DNA of 64,000 nucleotides from Takakia lepidozioides (taxonomy: Eukaryota > Plantae > Bryophyta). Below the pieces are notes generated by a model. The model was not told the DNA's origin. It ran no database searches and saw nothing but the letters and a program-made list of their open reading frames with translations. This document shows positions 47,776 through 61,941 of this stretch, piece after piece; within the stretch, counting starts at the first letter, position 1; the number at the start of each line of letters is the position of its first letter. The stretch spans positions 21,328,001-21,392,000 of the forward strand of contig CM060731.1 in the NCBI GenBank assembly GCA_030704615.1, read 5' to 3'. Made by a program: the position numbers and the translations under genes.

Positions 47776-50700
47776 CTAGCCTAAATATGGTGGAGGTTCT
47801 TCCTCTGGAATCTGCAAAACTCCCCAAAAACCATGAGCATGGTTCATGAGTGGAGAATTTGCAGAACTCTGCATAAAAGCAAATAGTAACAAACAGAAGG
47901 ATTTTAGAGTCTGCACGGGGGAAAAGACTGAGTCAGTCATGCAGTGGTAGATAGATGAGGCTGTACAGACACATGACAACACCAGTCCTGTGCCTATATG
48001 ACACCGAAAAGAGACTATATCGACCTCCCTGACCTCTCCAAGTTTCCACTTGTCCTTCAGCCACATATCATCAGCTGCAGACGGTTGTATCTCCTGTCCA
48101 TTCTCTTGAGATGTTGAAATTCCTGACAACCTGTGAAAAAATGAGCCATTCCAATTTCTTGAATACTCCAAAACACATGAGACACAAGAATTCATTCCAT
48201 CTGTATCATGTGTACGAGAAGTAGAGAAGAATGCTAGCTTATGTATGTCTGCAAGAGGCTCAAAGGCCCAAAGCAGAGAAACAGAAAGAGAGAAGTGACT
48301 GCTACAAGAGGTGAATGCCATATCTGCAGTTGTCTCCCAAGGACCAAATGCTAGAAAAGCTTGGAAATTTTGGAATGATAGGATGTGAGCTCCTATCTGT
48401 CAAACTGCTGCCCTGGGAGAAGTTATCTACATTAGCATTTACTGGTGGGAATATCTGCACAATACCTTGAAAACTGACTTGTGTGATACAATTTGAGGAG
48501 CCAATTCAACAGATCATGAAGAGAGATATCGATAAGGGGAACAAAATACAAAAGTTCACCAAGAAGAATAACCATGGTTTATGAGAAAATTACTCACACT
48601 TGGGGCTGAAAGGACAGTGAAGATGTTGTGGAAGCAGGAGCCATGAATCCCAGCCCAAATGGCGACTGGATAGGTGTCACGGTCGTGTTAATGGTAGGAG
48701 AGCTGAAGGGGGATGCGCCCCCAAATCCAGCACTACCTGGTTGTGACGTGCCAAAAGCTCCTGCCAAACATGGAGTGACCAGCTTAGTGAATCGAGATTT
48801 CAACTGTCACAGATTTACACGAAGTATTTGAAAGATGCTTGGACTCCAAATAGAATATGTGTATAAGAACATTAAAGTTCCATAAAGCTAACGTAAACCT
48901 CAGCAGAAAACAGAAGGCCCGGTGGTTAGGGCACAAGGTAGCCTTACAAGTTGTCGCGGGATCAAAGCCCGGTAGGTGTATGATGGCACCCATTATAGCC
49001 AACCCACCTATAAAAGGGGTTGCTGGGTCAACCTGTCACCTAATGTGTGGGTACCTGGGGACTTCTCAAGTCCTTGGGGGAAGGTTTGGGCAACCTAGTT
49101 GCCCCAGTTACGGCCGTTGCCCCAGTTATGGCCGAGTGTCCACCTTCCAAATGGAAGGCAGTAGCCCTTCGGGGTGAAGTGACACCAAAATTTACCATTG
49201 CTTGGGCAGGAATCAACCTTTTGTCTCTTTAGAACAGCTTATAACCATAACAAATGCAGAAATATATTGCATCCATGGGTGGTCCACAGAAAGAGAGGAA
49301 AGAGAGAGAGGGAGTGCCTTTATCGCCAAAAGCTGAGAAGCCAGTGTTTGGCCCACCCCCGGCTGTACCAAAAGAATGTTGCGAAAAGGGTGACTGGACA
49401 CCAAAGGCATTTTTCCCATTTTGTGCAAACTCATTTGTTGAAAACGGACTGGCACTGAGCCCTGGAGCAGTGGGTCCTTTGTTGAAACCATTTTCAAAAC
49501 CTCCACTGCAAGAGCAAACACATGTGTGAGAGAGGATAAGGTCAAGGTAAGGATTAGCATTGCATCCACAGGCTAACGAATAGGTGTGAGCGTAAGACCA
49601 GTCATGCGCTGCCTGATGGTTAGAATGACATGAAAAGATGAAATGGGAGACCCGCAATGAGTGACCTCTGAACAGGGAAAATACAACTGGGAATTCCTTC
49701 AGGCATGGTCTGCCTGTAGAGAGCTTCATAGGCAAAAGATATGCACAAATGAGAAGAGATGAAGAAGACAATTACAGCATAGCAGCATGCCAGAGAAAGA
49801 AAACAAGACCTCAATAAAGCTCTACGGCATAGCATCCATTTGAGGCAATTACTTAGTCCAAGAGAGAGAAAGCAACAAAGATTTCAAACCCAGGCCTTAA
49901 TCCCTGCCCGAAGACAGAGTCATCTCGAAGGTGTGCTGCAAAGCATTTCTGGTCTTCACCAGGGATCAGACACTTCCAAAGAGAGTAGTGCCGTTTTCTA
50001 ACCTCATAACACGCAGGACAGGAGAGAGTTTGAAAGAAAGAAAGAAAAACTTTAACATGTCCGAAGGGGACCCATGGGGCAAAGAAATGAAATGAAATGA
50101 AATGAAATGGAACTTAACGTCCGCAGAAAGCTCAAAGAGCTTATGGGACAAAAGGAAAACAAGAAACAAGAAAGGGAATAAAAGACAAAGAGTGGAGCCA
50201 GAAGCAGCCCAAAAGCAAATCTATTACGTCTAGAGGGACACGAGTACAACAACACAGTAGAACCAAAGAGAGAGCAAGGGAGAGAAGGAAGAAAGAACAT
50301 CTGTGGGATGCCCAAGCGACACAAGTAGAACAGCATAGTAGAACCACTGAAACTAGAGAGAGAGAGCGGACATTGTTAGTAACCACTTACAGAGGTTGCT
50401 GAGACGGAAACCCAGGTGAACCTCCAAAGGAAGATGCAGGCTGGCCAAAGCCCTGTGAAGGGTTTGGAGCTGCAACTGGCTGTCCAAAAATCATAGTTGT
50501 TCCCGGTTCGGGTGTGCTGAGAAATGGAGAAGAGGGAAAAGCCATTGTTGATAAGCTCGAGGAACTCTGGGCAACAGGAGGCTGGTAGGGATTTCTCAAG
50601 AGCGCTTCAAACTCTGCATTCTTTGCAGCGACCAGCATTCCCTCATTTTGTGCCTGCACCCACCCACAAAACCAGCATCTTATAGTACTGGTGATAGCAT

Positions 50701-52612
50701 TTTACAGCATTCTCTGCATTGTATGTACATGTACTCATAAAATATTGTTGCTGTAGCCTTGTGGCCATAGGAGCATTCTCTACATAGAGAATGAGCAAGC
50801 ACGACTTACCAATTGATGAAGTGACAATCCCTGTTTTGCACCATCGTATGCAAGTGCTCTCAACTCTTCCGGACTCACATCCCCAGCAACATCATTAGGA
50901 AGGCTGTTCAAGACAACAGTCATCTACTATTAATTATGGTGCACAGATGGTCACATACCATTCAGGTGCTCAAAGGTAGGTATAATTGATGTATTGTCAG
51001 CATGACACATTTTTGGGCCGGTAAGACAGTAGCACATCTATTTCGTAGAGTTGCATTTTCTCAAAGTAAAACACGAGTTGGGGCTCAAGTGGTCTACCCA
51101 GGCAATATCTGAGCCAGTTTGTATGCAACATGTGAAATTCCCCGTCCACATATCATTTGAGCCTAATACGAATAGATCCTTGAGGAACTGTATGCAGTCC
51201 TAAAGACGTAGAAAGTTGAGTCTAGAAAGAACAAAGGACAATGTAATCCTTGCAAGTGGACTGAGAATCCTTCAGCAAAGTCAGCATGCTGTGGCACAGC
51301 CATGGTTGCCTCAGTTTCACTTAGACCTTCAACAGCATGCAGGGATGCCTCCAATTTCTGAAAAATTGAAGCCTTACAATTTCCAATGGGCATAGCATGT
51401 TAATCGCCAGAAAATGGGGTGCTCGTTGGTGAAGTCTTCCTTGATCTGATCACGACACACCCTTGGGTCAATGCACCTGCCATTCAGATTTCCAACAACC
51501 GCTTAGTATCTGCACTGGTCAAGGGTCCACACAGTGGAAAAGTTCATGCTCCTCTTCGTCTCAGGGACTTCATCTTTGAGTGACATTTGGTTTATCTGAT
51601 GTGGTTGTACTTTGTCCAATGGGCCCTCAGGACATTATATCATTTCTCCTTAATAAACTTCCTCGTCCTTTCTTCTTTCTTCTTTCCTTTCCCCAAACAG
51701 TTACATTTGCAGTGATTAGATAAGATTGTGAGATGAAGGAAGGTGCCAATGTAACAGTAACAGATAGGCTGTGTCAGCTTTGCGGCAATATTCACAAACA
51801 CTCATGTGTGTAAATCACACGACTCCCTCTTGGATAGTCACTATCGAATATCTCTAGACGAATCCATCAGACACTATACTCATAAGAAACAAGTCTACAT
51901 ACAATGTCTTTACCCCCCGGCAATAGCTCCTGAAGAAGCAGCCTTACTCACTTGTGATCTTTGGCAGGCTGCTGTTGCTGCCTTTGCACGTTGTCTGTGC
52001 CAGCAAGGACCTCGAAAGGATTAACTCCCCCACCACCAAATCCTACCTGAGAGTGAAGATATTTCCTCAGTCAGCCAATATTGCTTTCTATTTGCTCTAT
52101 TCAAGCGAACCTTCCAAAGCATTCAATGGCATGAGGGTGAGATGCATCAGCCAAAAAGGTCAGATCAGCACCCACTCTGCTCTGAGATTGTCTCTGTCTG
52201 CACCATATCTTTAAGGAAGGACTACCCAAACATGAGGTAGTAAGTCCTGCCCAGTTTATAAAAACCAAGACATGGTGTTTCTCTGACTTTACTTCTCCGC
52301 TCTTTAAGAGAATTCTGATACCACAAGAGCTGCACTGTGTCAAGGCAGCATGGGTGACCATTTCTACAACAAAAATTTGAATTTTCCTCACACACAATTA
52401 TCATCACTGAGTTCTTCAACGATTATAGTAAATTGACCCCACAACTTGCAACAAGGGATCCAGAACTGCACCTGAAATAGCAGTATGTCAATCCCTCCAA
52501 GCATACATTCAGCAACCACGACCCACGTGACCAAATCAAGAAACAAAGGAGCGAATCCCAACCTGCTGCTGTGATTGCTGCCTCCGGCCACCGGATTCAA
52601 ACACCTTGTTGC

Positions 52613-52646
<34 letters not shown>

Positions 52647-52974
52647 AGAGCCCTGGTGCACGAACTTGCACCTCGTGCCGAACCGGCAACTACATCACAG
52701 TATCAACAGGGAAATGATCCCGGGGAAGTCGCCACAAAAAACAAACACAGAATCTCCCATTGCTTAACTGCTAAAACCTTCTACACCCTCACCGTCTACC
52801 AAACGCGTCTTCAATGCAACACCTCACAATCCATTTCGGAACAAAAACATGTCCAGCTAGTGTCACACGCGCACACACAGATGTGCCAAACAGCTGAACA
52901 AACTCATATCATGCAAGGGACAGAACATACGTTCCCCGCTGGAAGTCTCGGCACACTTCCTGCCTCCGACTCAT
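47776..52974 (-). CDS. CG1: CCCH zinc-finger FG-nucleoporin CG1/NUP42-like (C3H16 type), multi-exon
   Basis: N-terminal CRDFQRG|TCRFGTRCKFVH, then CIDPRVCRDQIKEDF...WRLTCYAHWK, DVAGDVSPEELRALAY, scattered FG/PF motifs and a C-terminal WLKDKWKLGE|IPEEEPP. Confidence 0.82.
48908..49212 (+). mobile_element. tRNA-derived SINE (family C), best-preserved copy, antisense within a CG1 intron
   Basis: A-box-like ggcccggtggttagg at 48916-48930 and a T-arm/B-box-like cggg-atcaaag-cccg at 48957-48971. Internal 18-bp tandem repeat; two related copies in the window. Confidence 0.68.
50083..50225 (-). repeat. Family-A element 3' part with a long (CATTT)n tail
   Basis: (gaaat)n...aacgtccgcagaaagctcaaagagcttatgggacaaaa...agccagaagcagcccaaaagcaa, homologous to 14774-14872. 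Confidence 0.75.
50706..50785 (-). mobile_element. Short family-B insertion with a 14-bp TSD
   Basis: agcattctct(g/a)cat at 50706-50719 and 50772-50785 flanks atgtactcataaaatattgttgctgtagccttgtggccatag. Confidence 0.65.
52614..52646 (-). repeat. (CAG)n poly-Gln tract in CG1 exon 2
   Basis: (ctg)n run on the plus strand, in frame after the CCCH finger. Confidence 0.8.
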
Positions 52975-54007
52975 CGAGATTGCGCGCACAGAACCCTGCA
53001 AACCTTGAGTAAGAAGGGACGATGACGCCAGAGATGCTCCAGGGAAATCCCTAAACCCTCAAACCTAACGACCCATATGTTCTTCCTCCTTTGTGAGACT
53101 TGTAAGCTTAATCAGTGGATGATCTTCCACTTTCTTAGCACGACCAGCGTCAATCTCTCACCAGCAGCAGATGAGGTGGGCCCTGGCTTGAGTCTCGGAT
53201 TGGAATGCCGTCACACACAAGATGCTTTACCTACTCCGTTTCGGGAAATTGAAGGACGACCTCGCCTCTTTTTGAAGGACACCTGTTAACATTCTCCTTG
53301 GGTATGAGGACTGAAAATCCAGCGTACTATCCTAACCAATTTGCACCCCTGCTGCGTTTATGTGGAACTCGTGTGGGCCTTGACTCACAACGCAATGTGA
53401 GGCGTGTCAATGTGCACTTGCCAAAATAGTCTGATGATTGCACAGAAACCGATGGCAGTTATATAAACGGCGTGGGTTTATTCTGTGTGTTGGTAAGTAG
53501 TCTGCGGCGCAGTGAGGGGCTGATGAGGGAGGTTGGGGTGTTCATTGTGGAGAATCTGATGTTTGCTGAGGCTTTGGGGTTCATGTTGTAGCTCAGGTAT
53601 TTTGTAAAGACGTGAGAAGGGAGAATATTGTCAAGTTGAGTTATTAGGTTCGAGGGATTCTGAGTTAGAGCGAAAGAGGTGGGGTTCCGACTCAGTTTCT
53701 CACTCAAACCAGGTGTTGAGAGGGAAATATCTTCTATAGCGAGGAAGAATCTCGAGGCATTATCATGGAAGTAAGAATATTTTGGTGAGCGTTTTGGTTG
53801 AGAGTTAGGGGAGGTCCTTCAGTTCAACGTCTCGTGGAAATTCGCGTCTCATGACAGCAAGAACCTTCGTTGAGAAGGGGTGGTCTAAGTGCCCCCGACA
53901 CGCTGCAACGCAGAATCATATTCCGGAGAATTTGGGAGAAATTATTTTGGAGGAGGCCTTTTATTGGAGAATAGCAGGTGAAATTGCAGAAGAGACAGCC
54001 TAGGGTG

Positions 54008-57000
54008 ATGTTAAGATGGCCTTCTTCGGTGGAGGAAACTCAGGGTCCTCGGCGAGCTTCAGGCGATGTGCCAGTCACTTTAGACCAGTAAGCTCTGTAA
54101 TCGTTGACATGAAGAAGGAGAGAATGTTTTAAGACTTGCATGAACATTTTCACCCAATTTAACACTGGTATGCGGTTGCTGCTTTATCGGTGTTAGTCCG
54201 ATCTCTACAGCTTGAAGATTTGCGGTTCACCATCTTGTACAAAGATTAGGCGTGGTTTGTCGACGCGAAGTTGACTGACCTACAGATGCAGTGATTTAGG
54301 AGGATTTTGTAATACATCAATGTAATCAGGCCATAGCAACGATATGACTTTCAGTAATTCGTATCTAGACACAATGTTCTGCAGGGTTCTTGAAACGAAG
54401 GGTCCTGGCGTGGGGATGGAGGGCGCAGGTTCACAGACACCTTGCCAGAGCTTCCAGTGTTTGGTTGGCGTCAGAACGCAAGTACAGCAGGGGCTGTTCT
54501 TTACTGCTTTTTTCTTGTACGTGCACACATACCCAAACTCTCTCTCTCTCTCTGTGGATGAATACAGCCTAGGATCTGATGTCTCTATTCGGTTTTGGTG
54601 ACCTTTACTTGTCTGAGGTGACCTAAGTAGTGGCTATGTGGCTATCACTGGATGTGCAGGGAGGCTATGCGGTGCTGGTGATAGTTTCATCATGGCTGCC
54701 CATTCTATCGCCCATTTCACATGCGCCTGTTTTTGCTCTCTGTAACCTCCTTCTCCTTGCTGTTACAGGTGAACTCACTCTTTCATATTTTTCAGTAGGA
54801 CAGCTATTTGTATATTGCAGCAGAATGAGTACATTCTCTCTCTCTTCCTTTTGTGTATGTCTGGAGGTTTGTATGATGTGAATGCTAAAACTATCTTGGC
54901 TGAGTCTTCAGCCGTGATATAGAATCTCTGTATATCTGCATCCTCTAAAGAGTTGATGAAGTTGATGCGAGTTATAACAGCTTGTCATTTTTATCAGGAT
55001 ATAGTTGATGTACTGTTAGATTGAAGACAACATTCTTTGTGGTTCCCTTCTTCTTTTATATTGTTTCTTCTTCCTTGTGACTTTCTTTTATGTTTTGTCC
55101 TCGTGCATTTGTTGTCAATTTAAAGGCTTTTCTTTACCTTGGACCTGGCTATGTGGCCATGTGATTTTATCTTTGGTTTCTCTCAGACGTGAGTTCAGAG
55201 TATACTGGCTCTCACATTCATATATGTATTGCAAGAAGGGGAAAATAGAGCTTCATTTCTTGCTTTGGAGTGGTGCTGAGGGATGGCGGGTTAAAGTTTA
55301 GTTTCTTTGGTGATGTTGAGGACAACCATCACATAGACGGACAGTGACGGGAGGAGTCATTCAGATGACACAGTTCTTGTGTATGTAGGTGTTTTGCAGA
55401 GGCATTTGTGGGGGCAACTTAAGAAAGAACAACAGCAGGTATCCAAACCTGGCTTTGTGACTCTTGATTCTTGCCTTCTCATGCATTGTTATTTTCATTT
55501 GAATGGAGTGTTTAAGGTGCCCAATTCATATGCGGTATGTAGGATCCTCTGCACTTGCTTTATTCGTGTATAAGGTGTCTTAAATTGCCTGGTGCCAGGG
55601 CTTTCTTCAGTTCAGTGCACACTTGGACTGGATTGTTTATCAACCGTTCAAGATTGTTGCATATGGTATGTGTCTTTTGCAACCTCTGCCTCTGGTCTTA
55701 TGGTGTGTGCTTATAATTTTCTAAATATCTTCCTTCTCTAATAACTCTGTCACGACATGCTCAATCCTTACATGCCACATAATCTCGCAGTTTCTATTTT
55801 CAAACTTAATAAAGCATTGGGTTGTCCACTTCTCTACCTTCATCTGTGTCTTGCCCTCTTTTTGCACATGCGTGGAGTGGTGGGGATCCTGACTTTGCAT
55901 AACTCATCCATGGACTCCGTACTGTCTACTCTCCATACTCCAGTTGCATCTTCATACTTGAGATGTTGGAGTCAGCCAGAGCTTTGAGTGGGTGTTGTCA
56001 TCAGAGTCTCTTTTCCTGTTTGTCATGTAGATGGAGGTTCTACTTCCCTGCTCACCCACACATTCTGCTTCCCAAGCCTCTGATCTCTACTGTTGGCCAA
56101 AGTCTTATTGTGAGCTTTGTAGGTCATATGCAAATGGGGAAATTATTCCCTACAGTCAAGGGTCGGACTTGTATTTCCGAGAGCAATTGGACACTTCCCT
56201 GTGTTAGAGTCGAGAATGGAAGGTTTGTGAAAGTGTATTGTAATTAAGTTGCTTGCATGTCTCCCTAGTGCACAAACAGGAAGTGTCAATTCTCAGGTGT
56301 GTTTTTTGGCTCCATGGACTACCACGCACCTTTTACCCAGTGGGCACCAAGGAGACTGCCCAGTGGTTGGGTGTTTGTGCCCTGCCTTTGCATAACCTGT
56401 TGAGCCTGGGTTCTATTCTCAGTAGACAAAGCGTATCAGTCCATTGCCCCTGTGGGCTGTGTAAATTATTGGATGGTGAGGTTTAATTCCATATTCTTTC
56501 TTTTCCGTCAGTTTTCACCCAGTTTAATAAGTCCCTTGCAAGTAGGCTGAATGGATTTCTTGTTGGGCATCCAGGAACGGCTGCAGTCCTTGTTGTGGTG
56601 GCATGGCATTCACTACAGCGGAGACTCGGTATCCCGCACTTGCTGTTGCTGCGGTAATCTCTCAAATTTGTCTGCTGGGATGCTATGACAACTGCTCCTC
56701 TCTTGGTTACTCCCTTATGCAAATAGCAGAATTTCATCAATATACTTCGAGGGATAAGCTGCTTCCAACATTTTGTAATCTGCGGCTATTGCCATGTTCC
56801 TAATATGTGGAGTTGACCCATGCTTTGTTTCCAGATTGACCATTTTAAGTAGGAAAATTTGGTGCTCAGTTGCTCACTACAGACATTTAACCTGTCCATA
56901 GAACTGCTGATCTTGAACGACAAAGGGTGGTTGTTGCAATCAGGGTAGTCATATTGGCGCAGATCGCTTGGGCTGGTGCTCTGGTCGGGATCTTCATCTG

Positions 57001-59458
57001 TATGTATTTTCTTTCAGTCTACTTTGGGATTGTTTGCCTTGTACAGCTTTATGAACTGTAATTTGACGGATGGTTGATCGTGATCTGTTCGTCTAGTCAT
57101 ATGGTATGTTCGATGCTGGAGGGGAGAGAAAGGAGGTGGAAGAAAGGGGGAGAGGCATCTTTCTCTCCTTTTCTTTACCCTGGGAAAAGGGAATCGATCA
57201 ACTCATGATTGTAGAGAACAGGCCTTCAAAGGAAATCGCATATTGAGTAGGCTATGGTGAGTGTCATCCAACGTTTTTCCCCTGCCAAGAAACGCCACAG
57301 CAGTATGGAGTTACCTTGGAATGACTGGATATTTTCGAGGAGGACCTTACAGAGGAGCTGTGAACACATACTGTTGTATTAATCAGTAGAAGTTTACATT
57401 TCTTGTGACAGAAAGGTATAGTAATCCCTCAATGCCAGACCTTCATTGGAGTCTGTGCTACGGTTAGAGTGAAACCTTGCTGCAATTGCTATAGCACTGC
57501 AGCATAGAATCAATGACAATGTGGTGACAATGCCTGTAGTTTGACAAAACACCATAACAGAATGTGGTGAACCTAGCCCTCTATGTTGACACAGATACAA
57601 CACAATTGCGCTGCCAATTCTAGGGACCTAAAGGGTGAGAGACAGGTACTAGAGGGCACAGCTGAGTCCTTCAATCTTGGAGATGGTTGTATGCAGGGAA
57701 GGTGCATGGACACAACTGCTTACAATGTGAACCTGATGCCATGAATGCCCTGTACTCTCCAATGCAACCGCCCCCTGCCCTTGGTGACATTAGGTCAGTT
57801 TCTTTGCTCAGAACAGAATTTAGCCAGGGGAGAGGTAATGCTCCCCTCAAAAGTGTTTCCATGCTCTCATGTTAACTCCTGGTATCTGTAGCAGCACAAC
57901 AAACTTTGAGAGAGTGCCACTTTCACAATTTTCCAAGCCTGTTAATCTGGTTATTGATTTTGTAGTTTGTACTGGTAGATATATCAATGGTGGCGGATTG
58001 GCCGAGCAGCAAGCAGCACTTCTGCATTATCAACAAGAGAACCTGCAGCACCTTAGCAAAGAGGTACGAGTTTGTGGTCCTCATTGGTCTGGTTAAACAC
58101 TGGCATAAAGTGTGTCCTTGTCTAGGAGTATCACATAATCTATTCCATGGTACACTTTGGAGCTATTGAGCAGACATGTCTGGGCAACTCTGTTGAATTG
58201 TGTTAATACTTTCCTTTTCCTCACCTTAAGTTCCTACTCCCATTGATTAAGGGGGGATCCGTCTACAGATTTTGCGGCTTCAGGAAAGGTTGAGCAAGTA
58301 CAAACACTCTCAGGATGGTTGTACGCCACAGGTACAGATGCCTTTCTAAACAATTCAAGCAACGTCTTGCAATTTAGCCATCTCGTTCCGGGCATATATC
58401 CATGGATAATTCTGGTTGAAATCAGGTTGGCACTGCTGATGTTGAGGGGGCAGGTGGACTTGGTGCATCTGTTGGCAGCTCGAGAACAAGAACTGCGTGC
58501 AATTACTGCTGAGGTATACTTAGAATGAACAAGTGATGTGATCGTTCCCTTGTTTTTCCCTCTTTTGAATCAATCTTGGAGCCTTCTTTCATCTTCTCTC
58601 ATTTAAGAAAAATTGGTTCGGTGACTGCAGAGGGATCAATTGCAGGCCGAGGTGCGGCTGGCACGGGGTCTTATAGGGGAGCGCGATTGTGACATGTTGC
58701 GTACCCGCTCTATTAATGACCGGGTAGGCTATCTTTTTACATCTTTGTTGGTCTTTGCAAAAGCAATGAACCATGCATGGAATTGTCCGCAGCTGACTGA
58801 TGAACTTGTTACTCATTATCTCATGAGTTGGGCCAAGTTGTTTAGTTTGGACAGGGTCAAAAGCTGTATTGACTTGAACACTTGGATCACAAGTTGTGAC
58901 CCAAGTTCTTGTGTTCCTCCCTGACTGGGTTTGCAGCTCATGGAGGAGAGTGCAAGATTGCGGGCAATGTTAGATGAAGGGAGCTCCCGAGCAGCCAAGG
59001 TGGGCAGAGTGTTATGCCATAAGCCTTTGCATTACCTGATATTATATATCAGAAGGGGCTCCAGATGTGAAGCTACTATATTGAGCTCTACCTAACAAAT
59101 ACAAACACTGCTCTGGATGTCATGGTATTCAATTCGTCAACTCTTCCCAGGAGTAAGTTTGTTTGTATTCCAAGGTGGAGATCAATGCCAGCCGAGCCAC
59201 AGTCACTTGAGTGCACTATGGTGGATCATACCACTCTCTGCAAGCCAGAAACACTTGCATGTCATGGCCTGCAAGGACTATGTCCAGGTGTCTCCATGGA
59301 TTGGATATGTCATGTTCAGGAAGTTATTGAATGCTTACAGATGTGGGTGGTGTTTTGTGCTTCAGATGGAGCTGGGTCTTGAAGCAGAGCGGCTATCAAA
59401 TGTGGAGCTGCACAGAAAGATCAATCAACTACGTCAATCTACCACAGAATCATCATAG
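54008..59458 (+). CDS. FIP1: TMEM192-family protein (FRIGIDA-interacting protein FIP1-like), multi-exon
   Basis: ELPVFGWR, N-terminal transmembrane exons, PDAMNALYSPMQP, LAEQQAALLHYQQENLQHLSKE|ILRLQERLSKY...TPQ|VDLVHLLAAREQELR, LQAEVRLARGLIGERD and LEAERLSNVEL. The start at 54008 is inferred from exon phase. Confidence 0.8.
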
Positions 59459-59633
59459 CTGAAACCATCACTGCAGAATTTGACGTGAACATAAAATTTC
59501 CGCGGAAGATTGCAGCAACTTGAGAGTGTTAGGAGCAAGGAAGATTCATGTAGTGAGACTCACAAATGTCAGTGTAATGTTGCCAGTCATAGTGCAAGAT
59601 GCTGTCTAAAGTCAACACTGTGACCAGAGAGTG

Positions 59634-59669
<36 letters not shown>

Positions 59670-60627
59670 ATGCATGTGTTTATGCTTGTACATCATGTGG
59701 ATGCCAAAGTCTTGCAGCCCTTCACCCTCTGACACATAACTCCATCTACTGAGTCCAAGTAGTGTAATCCAAGAGTCTCATTGAACAACGGACATTATAT
59801 TATTTTGTTTAGGCTTTCTGGGAGTCATGCTATCTTCTGATGGACAGTGCATGCATGCCTGTCTTTGTCGAATTTTGACCATTTGTGAAAAAAAATTGAT
59901 CCCCTTCTAATCTGTTTAAAATAATGGCAGCCAAATAGAACCCCTGTCTTGAAGCAGTATTGTTATACTGAGTCACTTTGAAGCAAGTTTGTTGGTGATT
60001 GACCACATCCATATTCACAGAATTACATAATTGGGTGGCACGCCTGGTGAAGATGAGTAGCTCAGCCTGTTGCATTCTCGAGGTGCAGAGGTGGCCTTTG
60101 GAATAAATAAGAGTCTTAAGGAGGATACTGAATGGCAGCTTGAGATCAGTGATTAATCACATGACAGCGGTGGTCCTGCAAGTACTGTGATCCTTGACGC
60201 ATGTTGCCTGCATGTTGATAACCATTACAGTGGGCAGAATGCAGCTTATCTGAAGAAACATCTCCAGGAACTTGCATTGTAACTCGAGATGCCAACTGCA
60301 TGACAGCCTTGATGTCACATCAAACAGTACCAGGGGGAAACAGATTGTAGCGCAGACTACAATGGTTCTTGGTCACGCCACTAAATGCCACTGTTCTCGT
60401 TACTAGAGGCATTTTGATCAGGAAGTGACATGGTGACGGATAGGAAGGAAGGGCTTAACAGTGAAGGAATATGGCCACTCGATGATTCATGTGCTCGAAT
60501 AAGGTAGCAACTAAAAAGCATCCTTCTAAAAAGTCCACCTGGTAAAACTGCACCAGAATATAACATTTAAAATTTTAGTTACTTTTAACACTCCGACATT
60601 GCCAATGGCACCGAAGGCTCCCATCTC

Positions 60628-61941
60628 TTATTCGTCACCCATGGCCAGTTCGAGGGCAAAGTCATCCCTTTCCTGAAGACCAAACATCAAAACCCAGACA
60701 AGTGGTCATCTTAGAAACCATCTAATAGAGATTCGAGTCAGGGCACTGGATAAAGAGGCTTAAATCTATTCCTACCAATTGAAACTCCATGCAGAACTGC
60801 GGGTGAAGACAAAACTACAACTGAAAGTAATGACAATTTCAATAGTGAAAACATAAAAAGGCATATTAACTGGACCTTCAGGGCCTCGATGGTCGAGACC
60901 ACAGCTGTCTCCCTGTCGCCTTTGGCTCTACTCCCAGTGGAATATCGCAAAGAAATAACGTACTCAATACATATTACATGCCATCGACTTGCAGTCATAG
61001 ACCCCATGCCTCCATGCCGGGAGTTCGCACTTTATGTTTGTATCTAAGTCTTTAGGTTCACAAGAGATGGTTCGCACTTACCACTGGGCCTCGTGCAAAA
61101 TATCGGCCAAACTGTAGCCAGTATACCTGTATCAACACATCCTCCAATGGTGAGCGACCCACCACCCACCACATCTCAGAATGAAAGAAAAGTGGTAGAA
61201 GTGTGGGCTGTGCCAGCACAGCTGCTGCCAGGAATGATGTGGATAGCAAGCTTCAGACACTTATCAAAAGAGTGGGCATGGAATCAGCAAGGGCATTAGT
61301 TGAACTTCAGCAGTAGTTGAATATTCACCTCATCTTCATCTTGTGTTTCAACTTCAAGATCAGAGAGTGGAAATCCAACACAAAGCAAACCATATCCCTG
61401 CATGCAGCACAAGGAAAATTACTGTTTAGTCAATGCCTGCTGAAGGGAGTCCCATCAAAGAGAATTGTTATTAGAATTATTCACTTGCGTAAGGACAACC
61501 TTTATCTTCTGGAGAAAACCCTGCCCCACCTGACTAAGTGGCACTGACTGACTGAGACTCATTAGATACGTGTAAGACTTGTCCACCATAAACTTGTGCA
61601 TCATATATCCAATGGATAGCTTGAATGGCCAGAGGGAGACAAACATGCACACGAAGAGAAAGAAAGAAACAGACAAACAAACACACTCCACGATATAGAG
61701 AAAGAAAGAGAGGTATTTCCAAGTATGCTTTTGCCAGTAGCCTTGCAGCCATACACACAAAACATACAGCTGCTCCTGGTTGGGTCCGGTTCCTAGAATA
61801 TACTCATAGGATGTGTTAGAATGGAGCTGTAAGAGAATGTACTCATAAGACATTGTAAGAGAAAGAGAGAGAGAGAGACTCATAAGACGTTGTTTTGTAG
61901 CCTTGTGGCCATAGAGCCCATGCCCAATTTAGGTGGAACGA

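Noticed and set aside
48908-48980. Functional tRNA gene
   Set aside because: The T-loop is degenerate (ATCAAAG), there is no clear acceptor or anticodon stem, and it is followed by a repeat body, so a SINE head fits better.
53047-53068. Telomere-like ccctaaaccct
   Set aside because: An isolated telo-box-type motif near the CG1 5' end, not an interstitial telomeric array.
60170-60285. Peptide LHVDNHYSGQN resembling a DDE transposase DN..GQN motif
   Set aside because: Short, with no supporting ORF or terminal repeats; likely chance.
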